Origin: Vicugna vicugna
Lineage: Eukaryota
Assembly: GCA_013265495.1 (NCBI GenBank)
Contig: MU058384.1
Coordinates: 5,514,792 to 5,578,791, forward strand
Reading direction: 5' to 3'
DNA: 64,000 nt
A program made the translations under genes and the position numbers. Below are positions 13,850 to 26,948 of this stretch, in pieces; within the stretch, counting starts at the first letter, position 1, and every line of letters begins with the position of its first letter. The notes beneath the pieces are model-generated. The model searched no databases and was not told the DNA's origin. It saw only the letters and a program-made list of their open reading frames with translations.

Positions 13850-14210
13850 CAGCTAGCAACCATTAATCTGCTTTTTATCTTTATGAATTTGACTATTCTG
13901 GACATTTGAAATTAAAATCATACAATATGAGACCTCCTGTGTCTGACTTCTTTCACTTAGAATAATGTTTTCAAGGTTTCCCCATACTGTGGTATGAATC
14001 AGTATTTCATTCTCTTTTATACTGTGTAATATTCCATTGTATAGATATACCATATATGTTATCCATTAACCAGTTGGTGGAAATTTGGGCTTGTTTCACT
14101 TTTGGGCTGTTGTGAATAATTCTGCTACTAATATTCATATGGGATTTGTGTGGACATGTATTTTCAGTTCTCTTGGGTCTATGCTTAGGAGTAGAATTGC
14201 TAGGTTATGA
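13850..14210 (-). mobile_element. Old L1 (L1MB-like) fragment
   Basis: CTATTCTGGACATTT...CTTCTTTCACTTAG...GGAGTAGAATTGCT. Minus-strand ORF 13853-14053 (MVYLYNGILHSIKENEILIHTTVWGNLENIILSERSQTQ) resembles the L1 ORF2 C-terminus. Confidence 0.8.
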
Positions 14211-16189
14211 GGGTATTTTTTTCTGTTTTTTAAATCTTGACAAATGAAAGTTGGAGTTTCAAATGTTAGCCTGAATCTTGGGTTTCCAACACTCCACCAA
14301 AAAGTCATATGGTGTGAGGGTGGAATTTAACTAATCTGTTCTCTCCTTCTCCTCTTGGCGACCAAAAAGTCCTACAACCCAGAGAAACCATTGGTTGTTG
14401 AAACAGGTCTTAGCAGATAAAATTAACTGTGGTGCTTCTCCCAGCTTACTCACTCTGAAGCACTTCTCTCAAACAAAATCTGTACTTAAGAACCTTCCTT
14501 CTAAAAAGTATGCAAACCTAGTAACATCTGAAATGTTCAAGGTGGAAACATGATAATATGCTCTTTGGCCATTTATGACTCTCCTCCTAGAACTATAGGG
14601 CCATAAAGACTGAAATCTTGGAAGATGAGCAGAGCACCTTAGCAGGTGTTGATGAACACTTTTTGCCCCCAAAGAATCCTTCACTCCTTCCAAATAAGGA
14701 TCAAGAATGGGGAAATATATAAACTGTAATATTGGTTAATAAGATATGCATCATATTTTTTATCTTTATAGCTCACCTGATCATATATCAACTAGTTGAA
14801 AGTGAGAAACTCAGTCCCTTGGGCTATTTAGCATTATTCAAAAAATAATAACCCAGTGTTAATTTTGGTAGTTTCCCCCCTCTCAAATTTATTTTGTTTG
14901 TAGACATAGCTACAATTTGAAGAACAGAATGTGTACTTCAAGATGTGCTACATGGATAAATTATGCCATGAAAGAAGAGGCAGAATATATTTTTGACTTT
15001 TCAAGTTGACGGTTACAATTTGCATTTCTTACTTTCCATGAGTGTCATCATAGCTTTTTTCCCCATAGGTTTTTCAAAGCTCTCTCCCTGCTCCTTTCTG
15101 GTTTTCTTCATTTTTGACCCCATAATTTCTGAGTCACCATTTCACCACATGCGATTGTTTTCAAACTAATGTGCTTCACACATACGTTTCAGGGATGTAT
15201 CCATCAGGAGAGAATTGCAAGTGCCAGTAAAAATCGTCTAATTTGCTAATGCATGGCTGAAAAAAATACAGAAAGTGAGAGATGAGGACAAAAATAACTC
15301 GAAACAGAAGGCTGAGGAGTAGGAAGGAGAGGAAATGTACATAATAAGTAGTTTGTTGATTTTTCCCCTCATAAACTAACCCACATGTCGTTGTCTGCTC
15401 TGGGGTTTGTCTAGTGCCTGCACTTTTAGCATCCACCAGTGGGGTTCCAGGACATTGACTCTCGGGGTTCACGCCTGTCAGCGGTAATTCATGCGTCCAG
15501 CATGTTCCTTTCCTGGCAACTCTTCTAAGAGACGGGATGTTGTAGCCTCATTCTAATCATAAGGTTCCTTGGGAAAATCTCTTGGATGCCGTACAAACCA
15601 CTCAAATCTAATCTTTCACTTGGGATAACTGAAATGTACAGGTCTACCATTATGATTTGTATTTGTGGTCCTTGTGATTTGTATTAACCATAAGCTTCCA
15701 AAGTGTCAGAAAGAGTTCACCGCACACACAAAGGCACAAAAGATATGGAGGATTTTTGCTGCTTGAAGAGCTTTGCACATGTTACCCTGCGTGGTGGAGA
15801 AAAAGAGTTTCACAGCCTACATTTCCCTCGATTCAGCTTAGAACTGGGCACAGCGCTGTTCTAGGCACAGTGGGCCTTGCCAGAATAACTCGTTCTTAAA
15901 GAGCTCAGGAGAGCGACTATGAAAAAATGAAAGTCTATGACAGAACAATCGATTCACAGATACATGCTATAGTGGTAGAAAATGTGTTTGCAAATAATTA
16001 GAAAATGAAGGAATCACTATGTGTAAATAATCTGAGTAGACTTCATTACGGAGTTAATTATTAAGCTGACCATTGTAGGAATGATAAGGTTTAGTTTGGC
16101 AAAGCAGAGAGAGAACACCTTTTGAGCTGTGGCACAAGAGCGAAAGTGAAAGAATAGAAAGCCGAAAGCCTTAGCAATGTAGTCTGTTC

Positions 16190-16400
16190 CACAAATCCCT
16201 TCTAGTTAATGGTGGCGCCGTGACCTACATCTGGCCAAAATGTCAGTCAAATTCTGCTGGGTGCGGAGTGAGAAAGCTTTGCTTATTCTAATGCAAAGAG
16301 ACAGACGCAGCCAGTCCCAACCTTCTCCCGCCTTGTTCCTGCCTGGAAAGATATGATGGTTATGATGTTGCGTCTGAAGCTGCAGCCACTCTCCTCCGGT
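16190..16400 (+). mobile_element. Old MaLR LTR fragment (MLT1J/K/L-like)
   Basis: GTGACC...TCTGGCCAAAATG...TTCCTGCCTGGAA...GAAGCTGCAGCCA. Confidence 0.45.
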
Positions 16401-17169
16401 GTGTAAGAAAGCCCAGAGACTTGGGGGATGCCTGATTTCACATCTCTGGGTCCTCTTTTCCAATGTGGGAAAAATAACCCCTCTTGGCTACGAGGCACAT
16501 TTTCTATTTGCAGCCTAGCATATTCCTCATTGATATTCTTAGGTGGGTTTTTGGCCAGGAAAACATTGCCCGGATTAGAGCTGTATTTGGTAAAACTGAT
16601 TTTAAAATAAAAATGCACATGATTTTAGGATTATTCTATGAGAAAGTAATTGTTTTATAGCTTACAAGTTTATTCACTTGAAGCATAACACTCAAATAAT
16701 TCTCTCTTTATATACCTATTTCATACTTTGTAGCTAAAAGCAGATTCCCTGAGCTTGCAGCCACATTTAGTCCATTAAGCCTCACTGTCTCAGACGAGAA
16801 CGTCTAAATCTTTCTGCATGGCCATGAATTTAATAAGTCAGCTAAGATTTCAAGGGTCAGATACTTTTACAGTGTCATTTTTTTTCTTTTAGTTTCTCTT
16901 CCAGCTCCAAGAAATAATGTGTTATCTGATGGAATTTTTTTTTCATGTTTAGAAGATTGTTGTATCGACTCCAAATCTAAGCTTTTTAGAGTGTCTTCTC
17001 ATATTTCATGAAATAAAGGTGGTTTAAGAATTCATAGTCTCTAAACCCTTCAAAAGTTACATTTTCACCAATTTTAGTAACTGTCAGTAGAGTGATTAAG
17101 AGGCATAAGGATAGCATATCTCAAAGGCTAGCAACTTTCCACAGACTGTAAAAACTAGAAGGGACCATC

Positions 17170-17530
17170 TGGATTAATGGATCCCATCACTGGGTGATCT
17201 TCAAAATCGTTTTTTTTAAATAAAATTTCTGAGATTCATCCCCAGAAATCCTGATCCAATGAATTGGAAATGAGGGCTAGAAATACCTTTCCTTTCTTTC
17301 TTTTTTTCTTTCTTTTTTTTTTTAACTACTCTCCAAATACTCAGCCGGGTTTGGGAAGCACCAACCTAGCCCAGTGCTTCTCCAAATGTGCGCACGACAC
17401 AGCGAGAGATCTGGTTAAAAGTGTAGTTTCTGTTTCAGTAGATCTCCCTTTGGCCTGAGATTCTGCTTGTCTAACCAGCTCCCAGGTCATGCTCACGCTG
17501 ATGGTCCGTGAACCACACTTTGAGTAAGAA
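17170..17530. mobile_element. Two adjacent MER5-type elements (~17170-17365 and ~17372-17530)
   Basis: CCCCAGAAATCCTGAT...TTTGGGAAGCAC, then GCCTGAGATTCTGC...CTCCCAGGT...TGGTCCGTGAACCACACTTTGAGTA. Confidence 0.65.
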
Positions 17531-17855
17531 TTCAAGCCACACCCCACGTTTGTACTCTAGGTGTGACAAAGGAAGACGGAGAGAAGTTAAGTGAGCTGCC
17601 CAGGGCCCATAGGCATGGAGCGGCAGCACGAGGGCCAGAGGGCAGCTCCTTTATCCGCCAGGCCAGTGCTCCTCTGCACTATTACACCGACTCCAGAAAA
17701 GAGCCAACGGTCTGTGAGCCCCGCTGATGTGGATGAAGACTGGAGAACGTGAAGCCTCTTTGGTTCATGCTCTTGTTTTATTATGGAACCTTCAAATATT
17801 TGTGATCTCAATCTCTCTGCCTCTCCTCAACTTCTCTTTCCTCCTCATCTCCAGC

Positions 17856-18066
17856 CAGCGGTGTGCTGGTAAATGTTTAACTACTTGCTCTCTGGATGGA
17901 GGGAAGAGGATGGAAAGAAAGCCCTGATTTGTAACATTTGCTGATTTCCATGGTGTAAAGACTCCTAGAATGGCCAACTGGAGGATACCCACCTGACCAT
18001 GCTGCACGTGGAGCCGGATAAAGATGCACATCGACCTCCCATGAACTAGCTGGAGCCAGCTGCCAC
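17856..18066. mobile_element. MER63A (hAT-Blackjack)
   Basis: CAGCGGTGTGCTGGTAAATGTTTAAC...GCCCTGATTTGTAACATTTGCTGATTTCCATGGTGTAAA. Confidence 0.8.
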
Positions 18067-19673
18067 GTTTCCCTCATCCAGGCCTCCTCTGACCCAGGGG
18101 AGCTGAGCCCAAGGTCCAGGAAAGCAGCTGTGGTTCCGGCCAGGCTGCTGGGAGTTGGTACCTGGTGAGAGGTCAGGAGAAGAAATAACACTATTGTTTT
18201 TTAAGCGAGTCAACCTCCGGTGTAACTGGTAAGATGTATTGATTGTGTGTTAACAATGAAAATGTCTTAGGACAGCGAATTCCAAGAAAGGGTAGAAAGA
18301 TCATGGGGAAAGTATCAGCTTCTAAAAAGACTGAAACATTTAGAGACAAAAAACAAACAAGCAAACAAAAATGCACTAATTAACCCCAGGATTGACAAGT
18401 ATATAGATGAAAGCTTTCATTTAGTCAAAATAGAACCAAAAACGCTAGGTTAATTTTTCATCCAAGACTTCAGTATGAACTGAGTGCTCTTTAGCTAGGT
18501 TTAGCTGCATCTAAAGCTGATGCAGCATCAGCTTTATTTTCACGTGATCTTATTGTAATTTTTTTTTTCTTTTTCCTGGAGAAAAAGGACCACTTCTGCT
18601 AGGTGTCTCACTAGAGAAGACAAGACAAGCCAGTCACTATGCCAGTGCAGGGGTGACTCTACTTCACTGGCACTTGGACACTGGGTAATTTATGATGTTT
18701 TTTAAAACAAAGGCTGTCTACTAGGAGAGATTTATTATCATACAGTCTGAGACTACACATAGTCATCCAGAGCAGATACCATCCGAACAGGACTGAACAG
18801 TAACAATAGTCCATATACCAAAAAGTTTACATTGTTTAGACATAAGCCATACAAAATAGTCCAGATATAACATTATTATTCCTATTCATTAAAAAAATTG
18901 ACAAGTTTCATAGAAGTATTATTTTCCCATGTAATTAATGAACAATGAAAATAAGTACAAGAAAAAGAATAATAAATATGGGCCTTCAACATGGGGGAAG
19001 TTCAGATATCGTAGATATATATATTTCTATCAAAAAAAGCCTTTTTAAATTTCTCTTAAATTTTCATTCTCATCTATTCTTTTTCCCGAATAGAAAGTTC
19101 TTTAACCAAGAAAAAAAAAAAAATTCTCCCCATCTTCCTCCTCAATGTTGTCACCACTCACTAACACTCTCAGGGGGAAAAATGTCATTCTTTCCCATCA
19201 CATATATTTGGTAAGTGCTACATGAAACCAGAAACACCTACACCTAGAATCAGAAATAAGTTTGATTGCTTTTCTTCTGTTACCAATTCCTGTAGTTCAG
19301 TGCAACAAGCCAAAAAGCTAAAGAAAATTCAGAGAAATTCTGCTTAAGCTACATTTAGTAAAACTAAGCCAATAGGTTAAGCAGAAGATCATTATGAGGT
19401 GACCTTATGTATACAAAAGCATTTAAGCAAAACCTAATATGAATGAGTCCAAATTTCTTTATTTAAGGATATCTAGGCATTAAATTGCAAATTCCTTGAA
19501 GGTTTGTCTTCATTTACCTGGTAAGAGGTGTGTCATGAAGTCCATGGAGCGCAAGTTTAATTCAAGAGTCTATTTCAGTAAATATTTATTGAACACCTAC
19601 CATATGGAAGAGCTTGGATAAGGCATTGCAAATATAACTACAAGTAATCCATGGACTATAAAATAACCTTCTA

Positions 19674-19857
19674 AGATAAACAAAAAGTTTTTCTATATAG
19701 CACAGGGAGCTATATTCAATATTTTGTGGTAACCTATGGTGGAAAAGACTATGAAAAAGAATATATGTATGTATATGTATGACTGAAACATTATGCTGTA
19801 CACCAGAAATTGACAATTGTGAACTGACTACACTTCAATTAAATATATTAATTAGTT
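19674..19857 (+). mobile_element. Short 5'-truncated L1 3' end (second tail variant)
   Basis: TATAGCACAGGGAGCTATATTCAATA...GACTGAAACATTATGCTGTACACCAGAAATTGAC. TSD AAATAACCTTCTA (19661-19673) / AAATAATCTTCTA (19858-19870). Confidence 0.9.
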
Positions 19858-19894
19858 AAATAATCTTCTACATTTTTGAATATCAGAACTATGC

Positions 19895-20237
19895 TAAGAA
19901 CTATTTTGAGCTATGATCTAATTTTTAATCCAATGGAATAATCCAGCAGGTTTAGAATATAATTCAATTGGCTTCAATAAAATGAATATTGTCCCCATTA
20001 TGCTTTCCTGACAATAACAAATTCTTCCATATTTTGATCAGTAGAGAGATAAGTGAGAATATAAGAAGATATTTTGAGCTATGGTCTAATTTTTAATCCA
20101 AGATGGAATAATCTAGCTGGTTTAGAATGTAATTCAATTGGCTCCAATAAAGTAAATTTTGTCCCCATTACACTTTCTTGGCATTAACAAATTCTTGCAT
20201 ATTTTGATCAGTAGAAAGATAAGTGAGAAAGTATAAA
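19895..20237 (+). repeat. Tandem duplication, two ~168-bp units
   Basis: Unit 1 ~19895-20061 and unit 2 ~20062-20237 both run TATTTTGAGCTATG.TCTAATTTTTAATCCA...CATATTTTGATCAGTAGA.AGATAAGTGAGAA. Manual alignment gives about 15 substitutions plus 2-3 small indels. Confidence 0.95.
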
Positions 20238-20720
20238 TTCAACAGAAATCCATGCTCAAAGTGGAACACAATCTTGAGGTCCTGAACAAAAAGGCAGAAC
20301 GTTTTTGTCAGCCTTTTAATTCTGTACGGTCCAATTTTACCTAACAGGTTTGTTACAAAGTTCAAAAGAGATAGTATGTACAGAGAATTTGTGCACTCAA
20401 AGCACCATACAGATATAAAGTCAAATAATTATTATTATGTATGGATTTTTACAACACAGAAACTTACAGGGTCAACTTTTAAGAAGCTCGTAGTGTGAAA
20501 ATATGGCATTCGCTCATTCTAGAAGATGTTAAAAATTGGTCAGTATCTGGCCTTTTATTTTCTCATAGTTAATCTGAGTGACCTATAACTTCCTTCCATG
20601 GTAAGAGTTACATTTTACCCGTTATTTCTGAAATCCTTTTGCGTTTCTTTCCTTCTTTATATCTCTTTCTTTTTTTTTCTTTAAACATACTCTGTCCCTC
20701 CCTTGAAGAGCCTATTTAAC

Positions 20721-20721
<1 letters not shown>

Positions 20722-20763
<42 letters not shown>
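20722..20763 (+). repeat. (TTA)14 microsatellite
   Basis: Perfect trinucleotide run. Confidence 0.95.
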
Positions 20764-20764
<1 letters not shown>

Positions 20765-20770
20765 TACAAT

Positions 20771-20839
20771 TATCATTATCTTGACTTTTATAGCTGAAAG
20801 AAAATATCATTATCTTGAATTTTATAGCTGAAAGAAAAA
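20771..20839 (+). repeat. 34/35-bp tandem duplication
   Basis: TATCATTATCTTGACTTTTATAGCTGAAAGAAAA followed by TATCATTATCTTGAATTTTTATAGCTGAAAGAAAA. Confidence 0.9.
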
Positions 20840-21289
20840 CTGAGCCATCTTTCACATTACAGAGGAAGAGATGAGAGCTAAGAGAAGAAATGTCAGTCAG
20901 AGATAGTGGCAAAGATAAGGCTAAACCCCAAACTTCTAAATCAAGTATTTTCTCCAACGCGTTTGGCCCAATAGAAAAGGAAGAAATCCAAGTTTTGAGG
21001 ACTTCTAAGTTTTCAGCTCAGGGAAAGGAAAGTTATATTAAGCCAGAGTTAAGTAGGATAAAAATAATGTGAATTATTTATTGACTTGGAGTGATGCATT
21101 CATGAGAGGCACATGTCACAGTAGATGACTTCTGTATTTACCTTGAAAGATCTAAATTATTTTTGTTGAATTATATAGTTAAATGCATATATTATTTATT
21201 TATTCAGCTATAAATAAACCAAAGCCAAATATTTCTCTATGCACATTTTTCCTGAATTGATTTCAGCACAACTGGAACCACAATTGTGT

Positions 21290-21800
21290 TGAAATGTTAG
21301 GCTCAGTCTGTAAATTTTTCCCCAGTCAGACCTGGGAAGTTCCTGTATATCTGTCCATTGGTTTCTAATTTCAGATATTGTAGTTTTCAGTTATAAAATT
21401 TCCATTTGGTTTTCCTTTATAGTTCTTTGCCAAAATGTTCAGTACTGCTTTTTAAGTCCTTAAGCTTATTAAGTATAGCATTTAAAAATAAACATCTGAT
21501 AGGTGCATTGTCTAGATCCACACAGGTCTGTTTCTGTGAATTGTTCTTTATTTTGCTTTTTGGTCATATGGTCTTCTTTTAGGCTTGGCTAATTTTGACT
21601 GGGTGTGGAAATGGTATATGAAGAAATTTAGAAGTAATTGTAAGCACTTAATGACATTATCTTTCTCTAAGGATGATTTACTCTTACTTCTAGCAAGTAG
21701 ACAGACTTGAGGTGCTTGCTCTCTGAAAATACTGTAAATCCAGTTATGGACAAGGATAATTCAAAATGGCGTTGAGTCTCTATGAGGGCATATCTATTAT
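21290..21800 (-). mobile_element. Highly decayed L1M/HAL1-like fragment
   Basis: T-rich text such as TAATTTCAGATATTGTAGTTTTCAGTT...TTTCCATTTGGTT, typical of ancient antisense L1. Confidence 0.4.
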
Positions 21801-23140
21801 TGAAGTTGATAATCATTTAAATGGGAAAAGTGGTTCTCAAATAATGGGTTATAATCATCAGCTTCTTTCCTCTTCCACTCTTCGTCCCATTATGCTTCAC
21901 TGAACCATTACTGCTCTAGAATAAAACCAGTAAGTTCTTTAAAAATCTTCTGAATGCCCATAATTTGATGTACTTAGTTTAGTATCAAGCGTTACATGAA
22001 ATAACTGGATAGATTTAATCTTGAGTTGTGTAATTCAAAAGAGTAATCTGGGTAGGCCTTAGTCTACCTTTCCACATTTTCCTCTGATAATACTGAATAA
22101 TTTCATATCTGCCAAACCTGAGCCAATCCTTCATGAAATTTCAGAGCCTTTGAGCCTTTTTGAAATGTCAGTGTCCTCCGTTGACTTGCTAAATTGACCC
22201 TTTATCCCACCTACCCTGGCTCCTTCTCTATTTTTTTCCTCTCTTGGTGGGCTTTTAGTTCTGATTCTGCTAAGGTCTGGTGAAATAACTAGACAAGACT
22301 AACTCCCTGAATATTTGGGGAAGCATTAATCACTACATTTTATTAATTCCCTCCTGGCAGACATAGAGTTCATTCTAAAATAAAAGAGCATTTTATGATT
22401 CAGTACAGACTTCCTCCAGAATGGTTCAAAGAGATATCTAAGTCTTACGTTACAAATTTGAATGTAGATACAGATTTTTAGCCTGATAAGAAAGCAAAAA
22501 ATATGAAGGAAATCAATGGCAAGGTCTTACCGGAATCAATGCCAAAGCAGGCAGTAGTAGGCAGGCCTCCTGATTTTTAGTTTAGAAACATAACCTTAAG
22601 AGGTAGATATGTCTAAGTGAAATAAATAGTTAAGACGATCAACTAGTTATACCATTCTCATTTCTTTTCCAAAAAAATGTTTTATATTGTTTCAGTTACC
22701 TTGGGGACCATGACTTGTCCCTTTTTTGTAAACATAGGCAGGAACAGTGAGTACTTTGATTTCGATGTGAATCTGTAGCTCTGTGAGGCCACACCTAAAG
22801 ATCAGCTCTGTCTCTAAATCCCCAGGTCCTACTGCAGTGATTGGCAATTATGCTCCGTAATCAGATGAAGGATGCGCATTTTCTTGTTAACTAAAGTAAA
22901 TGTTTTGTTTATGTCGATTATAACTCGTCAGTTTTGTATAGCCCTTGGAAGATGACAGTGAAGCTCTCCGTAATGGAATGCAATATAATTCTTGTTTGTG
23001 TTGTTTTGACAGGTATCCTTTCCCTGTAGCGTTCTCTCTTCTCCCCCAGCCCTCCCTCCCTTTCCAGCCCTGTTTTGGAAATCCAGTTAGCCTAATTTAA
23101 GCTGTCCAATATCAAAGGGGAATAATTTTAATGAAGGATT

Positions 23141-23836
23141 TTTTTACTTTTTTATTGAAGCATAGTTGATTTACAGTGTTTCAGGCGTACAGCAAAGTGA
23201 TTCCGTTATATATTCTTTCCAGATTCTTTTCCATTATAGGTTATTACAAGATATTGAATATAGTTCCCTGTGCTCTACAGCAGGTCCTAGTTGTTTACCT
23301 TGTTTATATATAGTAATGTATACCTGTTAATCCCAAATTCCAAATTCATCTTTTCCCCCCACCTTTTTCCCCTGGTAACCATAAGTTTGCTTTCTATGTC
23401 TGTGAGTCTATTTCTGTTTTGTAAATTTTTTTATTCCACATGTAAGTAATATCATATGGTATCTGCCTTTCTCTGTCTGACTTACTTCACTTGGTATGAT
23501 AATCTCTAGGCCCATCCATGCTGCTGCACATGGGGTTATTTTATTCTTCTTTTACCATTGATTATTATTCCATTATATGTGTGTCTATATATCATGTATA
23601 TATAGACACACACACACACACCCCCACATCTTCTTTATCCATTCCTCTGTCAGTGGACATTTAGGTTGCTTCCCTGTCTTGCCTATTGTGAAGAGTGCTT
23701 CTATGAACATCGGGGTACATGTATCTTTTCGAGTTAGAATTTTCTCCAGATATATGCCCAGGGATGGGATTGTTGGATCATATGGTAACTCTATTTTTAG
23801 GTTTTTTTTTTTTAAAAATCTTCATACTGTTCTCCA
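23141..23836 (-). mobile_element. 5'-truncated cetartiodactyl-type L1 (ORF2 C-terminus + 3' UTR)
   Basis: Starts TTTTTATTGAAGCATAGTTGATTTACA (poly-A end), contains GATATTGAATATAGTTCCCTGTGCT and GTGGACATTTAGGTTGCTTCC, and ends in CATACTGTTCTCCA. Confidence 0.9.
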
Positions 23837-25879
23837 ATGGCGAATTCTTTTTAATGCTTTGCCTCATTCCAGAATTTGCAGCAATGGCAAGATTCTTAAC
23901 AGAGGCAGCAACTACTGCATACATTTCTAAAGGGGGAGCACTGAAGCCAGAGAATGGCATCTACCATGGAGAAAAGCCAGCAGGGGATAGTTCCCCCAAA
24001 TTCACATCATCAACAGTAGTGTGGAATGTGAACTAGACCCTGAGAGCCTGGTATATTGTGTCAGTATTAAAGGACCAGTCACACTTGTGGGTGTCAGAGA
24101 TCACTTCTTCATTTGTAGCTAAAGAGTGGAAGATAATTCTTATGTCTTTGCTGTTGATGGAAAATGCCATGGGTAGACCCTTGGGGAGATGGAGAAGGGA
24201 CTGAGTGGTCTGGTAAGGGAATAATTCTGACAACCTTCTTCCTCTTCCCAAATTGTGTACAAGCTGAGTTTTGTAAGGTGCCCAAGGACATCGACTTACT
24301 CCACAGCCTGGTACAAACATTCAAGATTATAGTGAGTGTTGACCTTAAATAGCTTAGGTACCAATCTAAATCCCACAATCTATCAACCTGACCTTGTCCT
24401 TTCTTTGGGTGTTTATATACTCCTGGGAAGGAAAACAATTCCATTACATAAAGGAAATTACAAAAGCAATGTACCCAAACTCCATAGGGTAATTACAATA
24501 TTGCATCATTTTTTCAATAGTTTAACAATTTCAGATCAGCATAAAATGTTGGCCAGGGACAGGGGTTAACGAATCTTAAATGTGAGCATTTTATTCAGTT
24601 AAATCCATTGAAACGCTTTGTGTTAGTAGTGCTTTTCAGGCATACATCATCATTATATGTATGTTTGGAGTTGACTTCCAAGAGAGAGTGAGAGAGAAAT
24701 AAAGAAGAGCCTTTCAATCCAGCTGTGACCTTCTTATATGTACCGAAATTTTGTAGATCTTATGTGACAACTGATTTTTGCTCTATTTGGCTTGTATGAT
24801 GGAGTAAGTTACTTCTAAAAGCATATCTGTTATTTATAATTTAAGTCTAATTTGAGTTTCTTAAGAATTTCTCTTTAAGAATTGCCCTTCCTTCAGGCTC
24901 ACATCTACCCTAACAGCTGTCACATCCATAGTAGAAGAAATAAGAATTTTAAAGGCAAGATTGTTACTTGAGAATATATGAATGCTCCCTGTGGCCTGCC
25001 ATTTCTTTGAAGCTAGGAGAGTGGTGTGAGACACTCTCATTTTCAAAAGATTCTCTGGGGAGGGCTGTCATTCACAGCTACCTGGATGGGCTGGAGCGAG
25101 ACACACATCTTTGACAAAGATCTCCTAGGAAAGAATATCTAGGGCTGAACAATGCATTGCCACCATTTCGAATATCTCAAACTGTCAACACTTTCATAGA
25201 GAAAAGAGTAAACATATTTTTCAGCAGTTGTAGTGGGGCTTGTTAAACAAGCCTTTGTTGTGCCTATTTCTGAACGACACATAACTTACTGTAAATGTCC
25301 ACCCGCTTAGTCACCCAGCTCACCCCTCCCTTGTGCATTTCAGGAGGACAAGGGGTGCGTCTGCAGTGTTTGCCGGTGAGTCACTGCGGTCCTTACACTC
25401 TGAGAGCAATCGGCAATGAGTGACCAGGAAGATGACAGCATCCCATCATTGTCGTGGTTTTCAGAAACTAGTAAACATGAAAATCTTGTTTTAGTTACAA
25501 AGGAAAACAAAACCTTTTACATTTCTTTTTCTTTTGAAGGTGTGTGTATGTGGATACGAAGGTTTTCTTATATAAGGACACATACAAGTGATAATTCAAA
25601 TAGGCACAGGGGGACTCAAGAGGGCTGTCCTCTTAGGACCTAAGTAGGACTAAGTAGTAGTTGCCAGACAAGGTTTGTTACCAAGGAAACCTAAGGGTGA
25701 AGCAGATGAACATCTGTCCTTGGTAGCTCTCTACCACCCTTAGTTTGCTTGCTTCAAGTCAAGGATACCCCGTGGCCTTATCATCCCTTAATCTTGCCTC
25801 TTCAAGTATAATGTGTTTAATAACTCCTATGATTTTATAGGATGTTGAAGTGAGAGTTATAGGCATAAAAATTAGATCT

Positions 25880-26948
25880 ACAAAAATTATATGGAATTTT
25901 TCTGTATAGGGAATTTGTCTATTCTCTTCTGTTTGCTGATTTATTTAGATCAGTACAGGTATAAAGATATTTATTTTATACCTTGAGTTATAGTCCAACA
26001 CTGATAGATAATTGTTTGACTGATTGATCGGTTGGTTTTCCCGCATTGGTCATTGGGAGCTTTTCCAGCTGACTACTATGTCCCATTGACACATCCCCAT
26101 CGTTGTGGGTTTTTTGTTGTTGTTCTTGTTGATATTGTTGTTTTTGAGCATTTTCTTACTTTCTGGCACTCGAGGGAGCTGCAGGCTCATGTTGTATAGT
26201 ATTTCCCACCCCAGTTGTAGAATCAGCCATTTTTCCAGAGGGTCTTTGTTCCTTTTCTTGAAGAGTGGCGTGAGAAATCAACATCTCCTTCCTGGGAGAC
26301 GTCTATGCTCCATCACTGGGGTGATATTGCTGTTAGGCCCTCTCAGTTGACAGAACAAAGACATTTATGTGTGTGGTAACCATTAGATGTACATATGTCT
26401 ATAAATATTTCTATATGTGTTTATTTGTATCTATATGAAGTTAAATGAACACATGTGTCCAATCCACTGAATACCATGTGGGTCATTCTAGCCTTTCCTC
26501 TTATCTATAACATTTTACTCCAAAAGTGAGAAACCTGGCTCCCAACGCCCACCATCCATTAATTCCAGTATACAGTATACACGCACAGTGGTTTCAAAAT
26601 TAACCCATGCTCCTGGGGGACACAACTTTCCCAGCTAGAGTATGGTGCTTATGTACAATTCCTCTTGTCTTTAGCCTTACAGTCTCCATTCACTTCCAAA
26701 GTTACTTAGAAATTAGCAACCTTCCCCCTACCTGCTATGGTAAGATTATTTCATACATTTGTATGTACAAACTTTAGTTAATAATAATGTATTAATATTG
26801 GTTCTTTTGTGGTGACAAATGTACCATAATAATGTTAACAACATGGGAAGTTTATATGAGGTAATTGGAAGCAGTCTTAACTTTTCTATAAATCTAAAAA
26901 TATTCTAAAAGACAAAGTTTATTTTAGAAAACAAAAAATAAAGCAGAA
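25880..26948. mobile_element. 5'-inverted old L1 (L1MD/L1MC-like 3' UTR): antisense ~25880-26765, sense 3' tail ~26766-26948
   Basis: Antisense L1MD-type 3' UTR text (e.g. TTTCTGGCACT...CAGGCTCAT, AGTGAGAAACCTGGCTCCCA) is followed by a sense terminal segment (ACTTTAGTTAATAATAATGTA...CTATAAATCTAAAA) and an A-rich tail. Perfect flanking repeat AAAAATTAGATCT at 25867-25879 and 26949-26961. Confidence 0.75.

Noticed and set aside
20712..20957. ORF ending in poly-Asn
   Set aside because: The poly-Asn comes from the (TTA)14 microsatellite.
22985..23020. Splice acceptor-like TTGTGTTGTTTTGACAG
   Set aside because: No matching donor or coding frame downstream before the L1 at 23141, so an exon cannot be supported.
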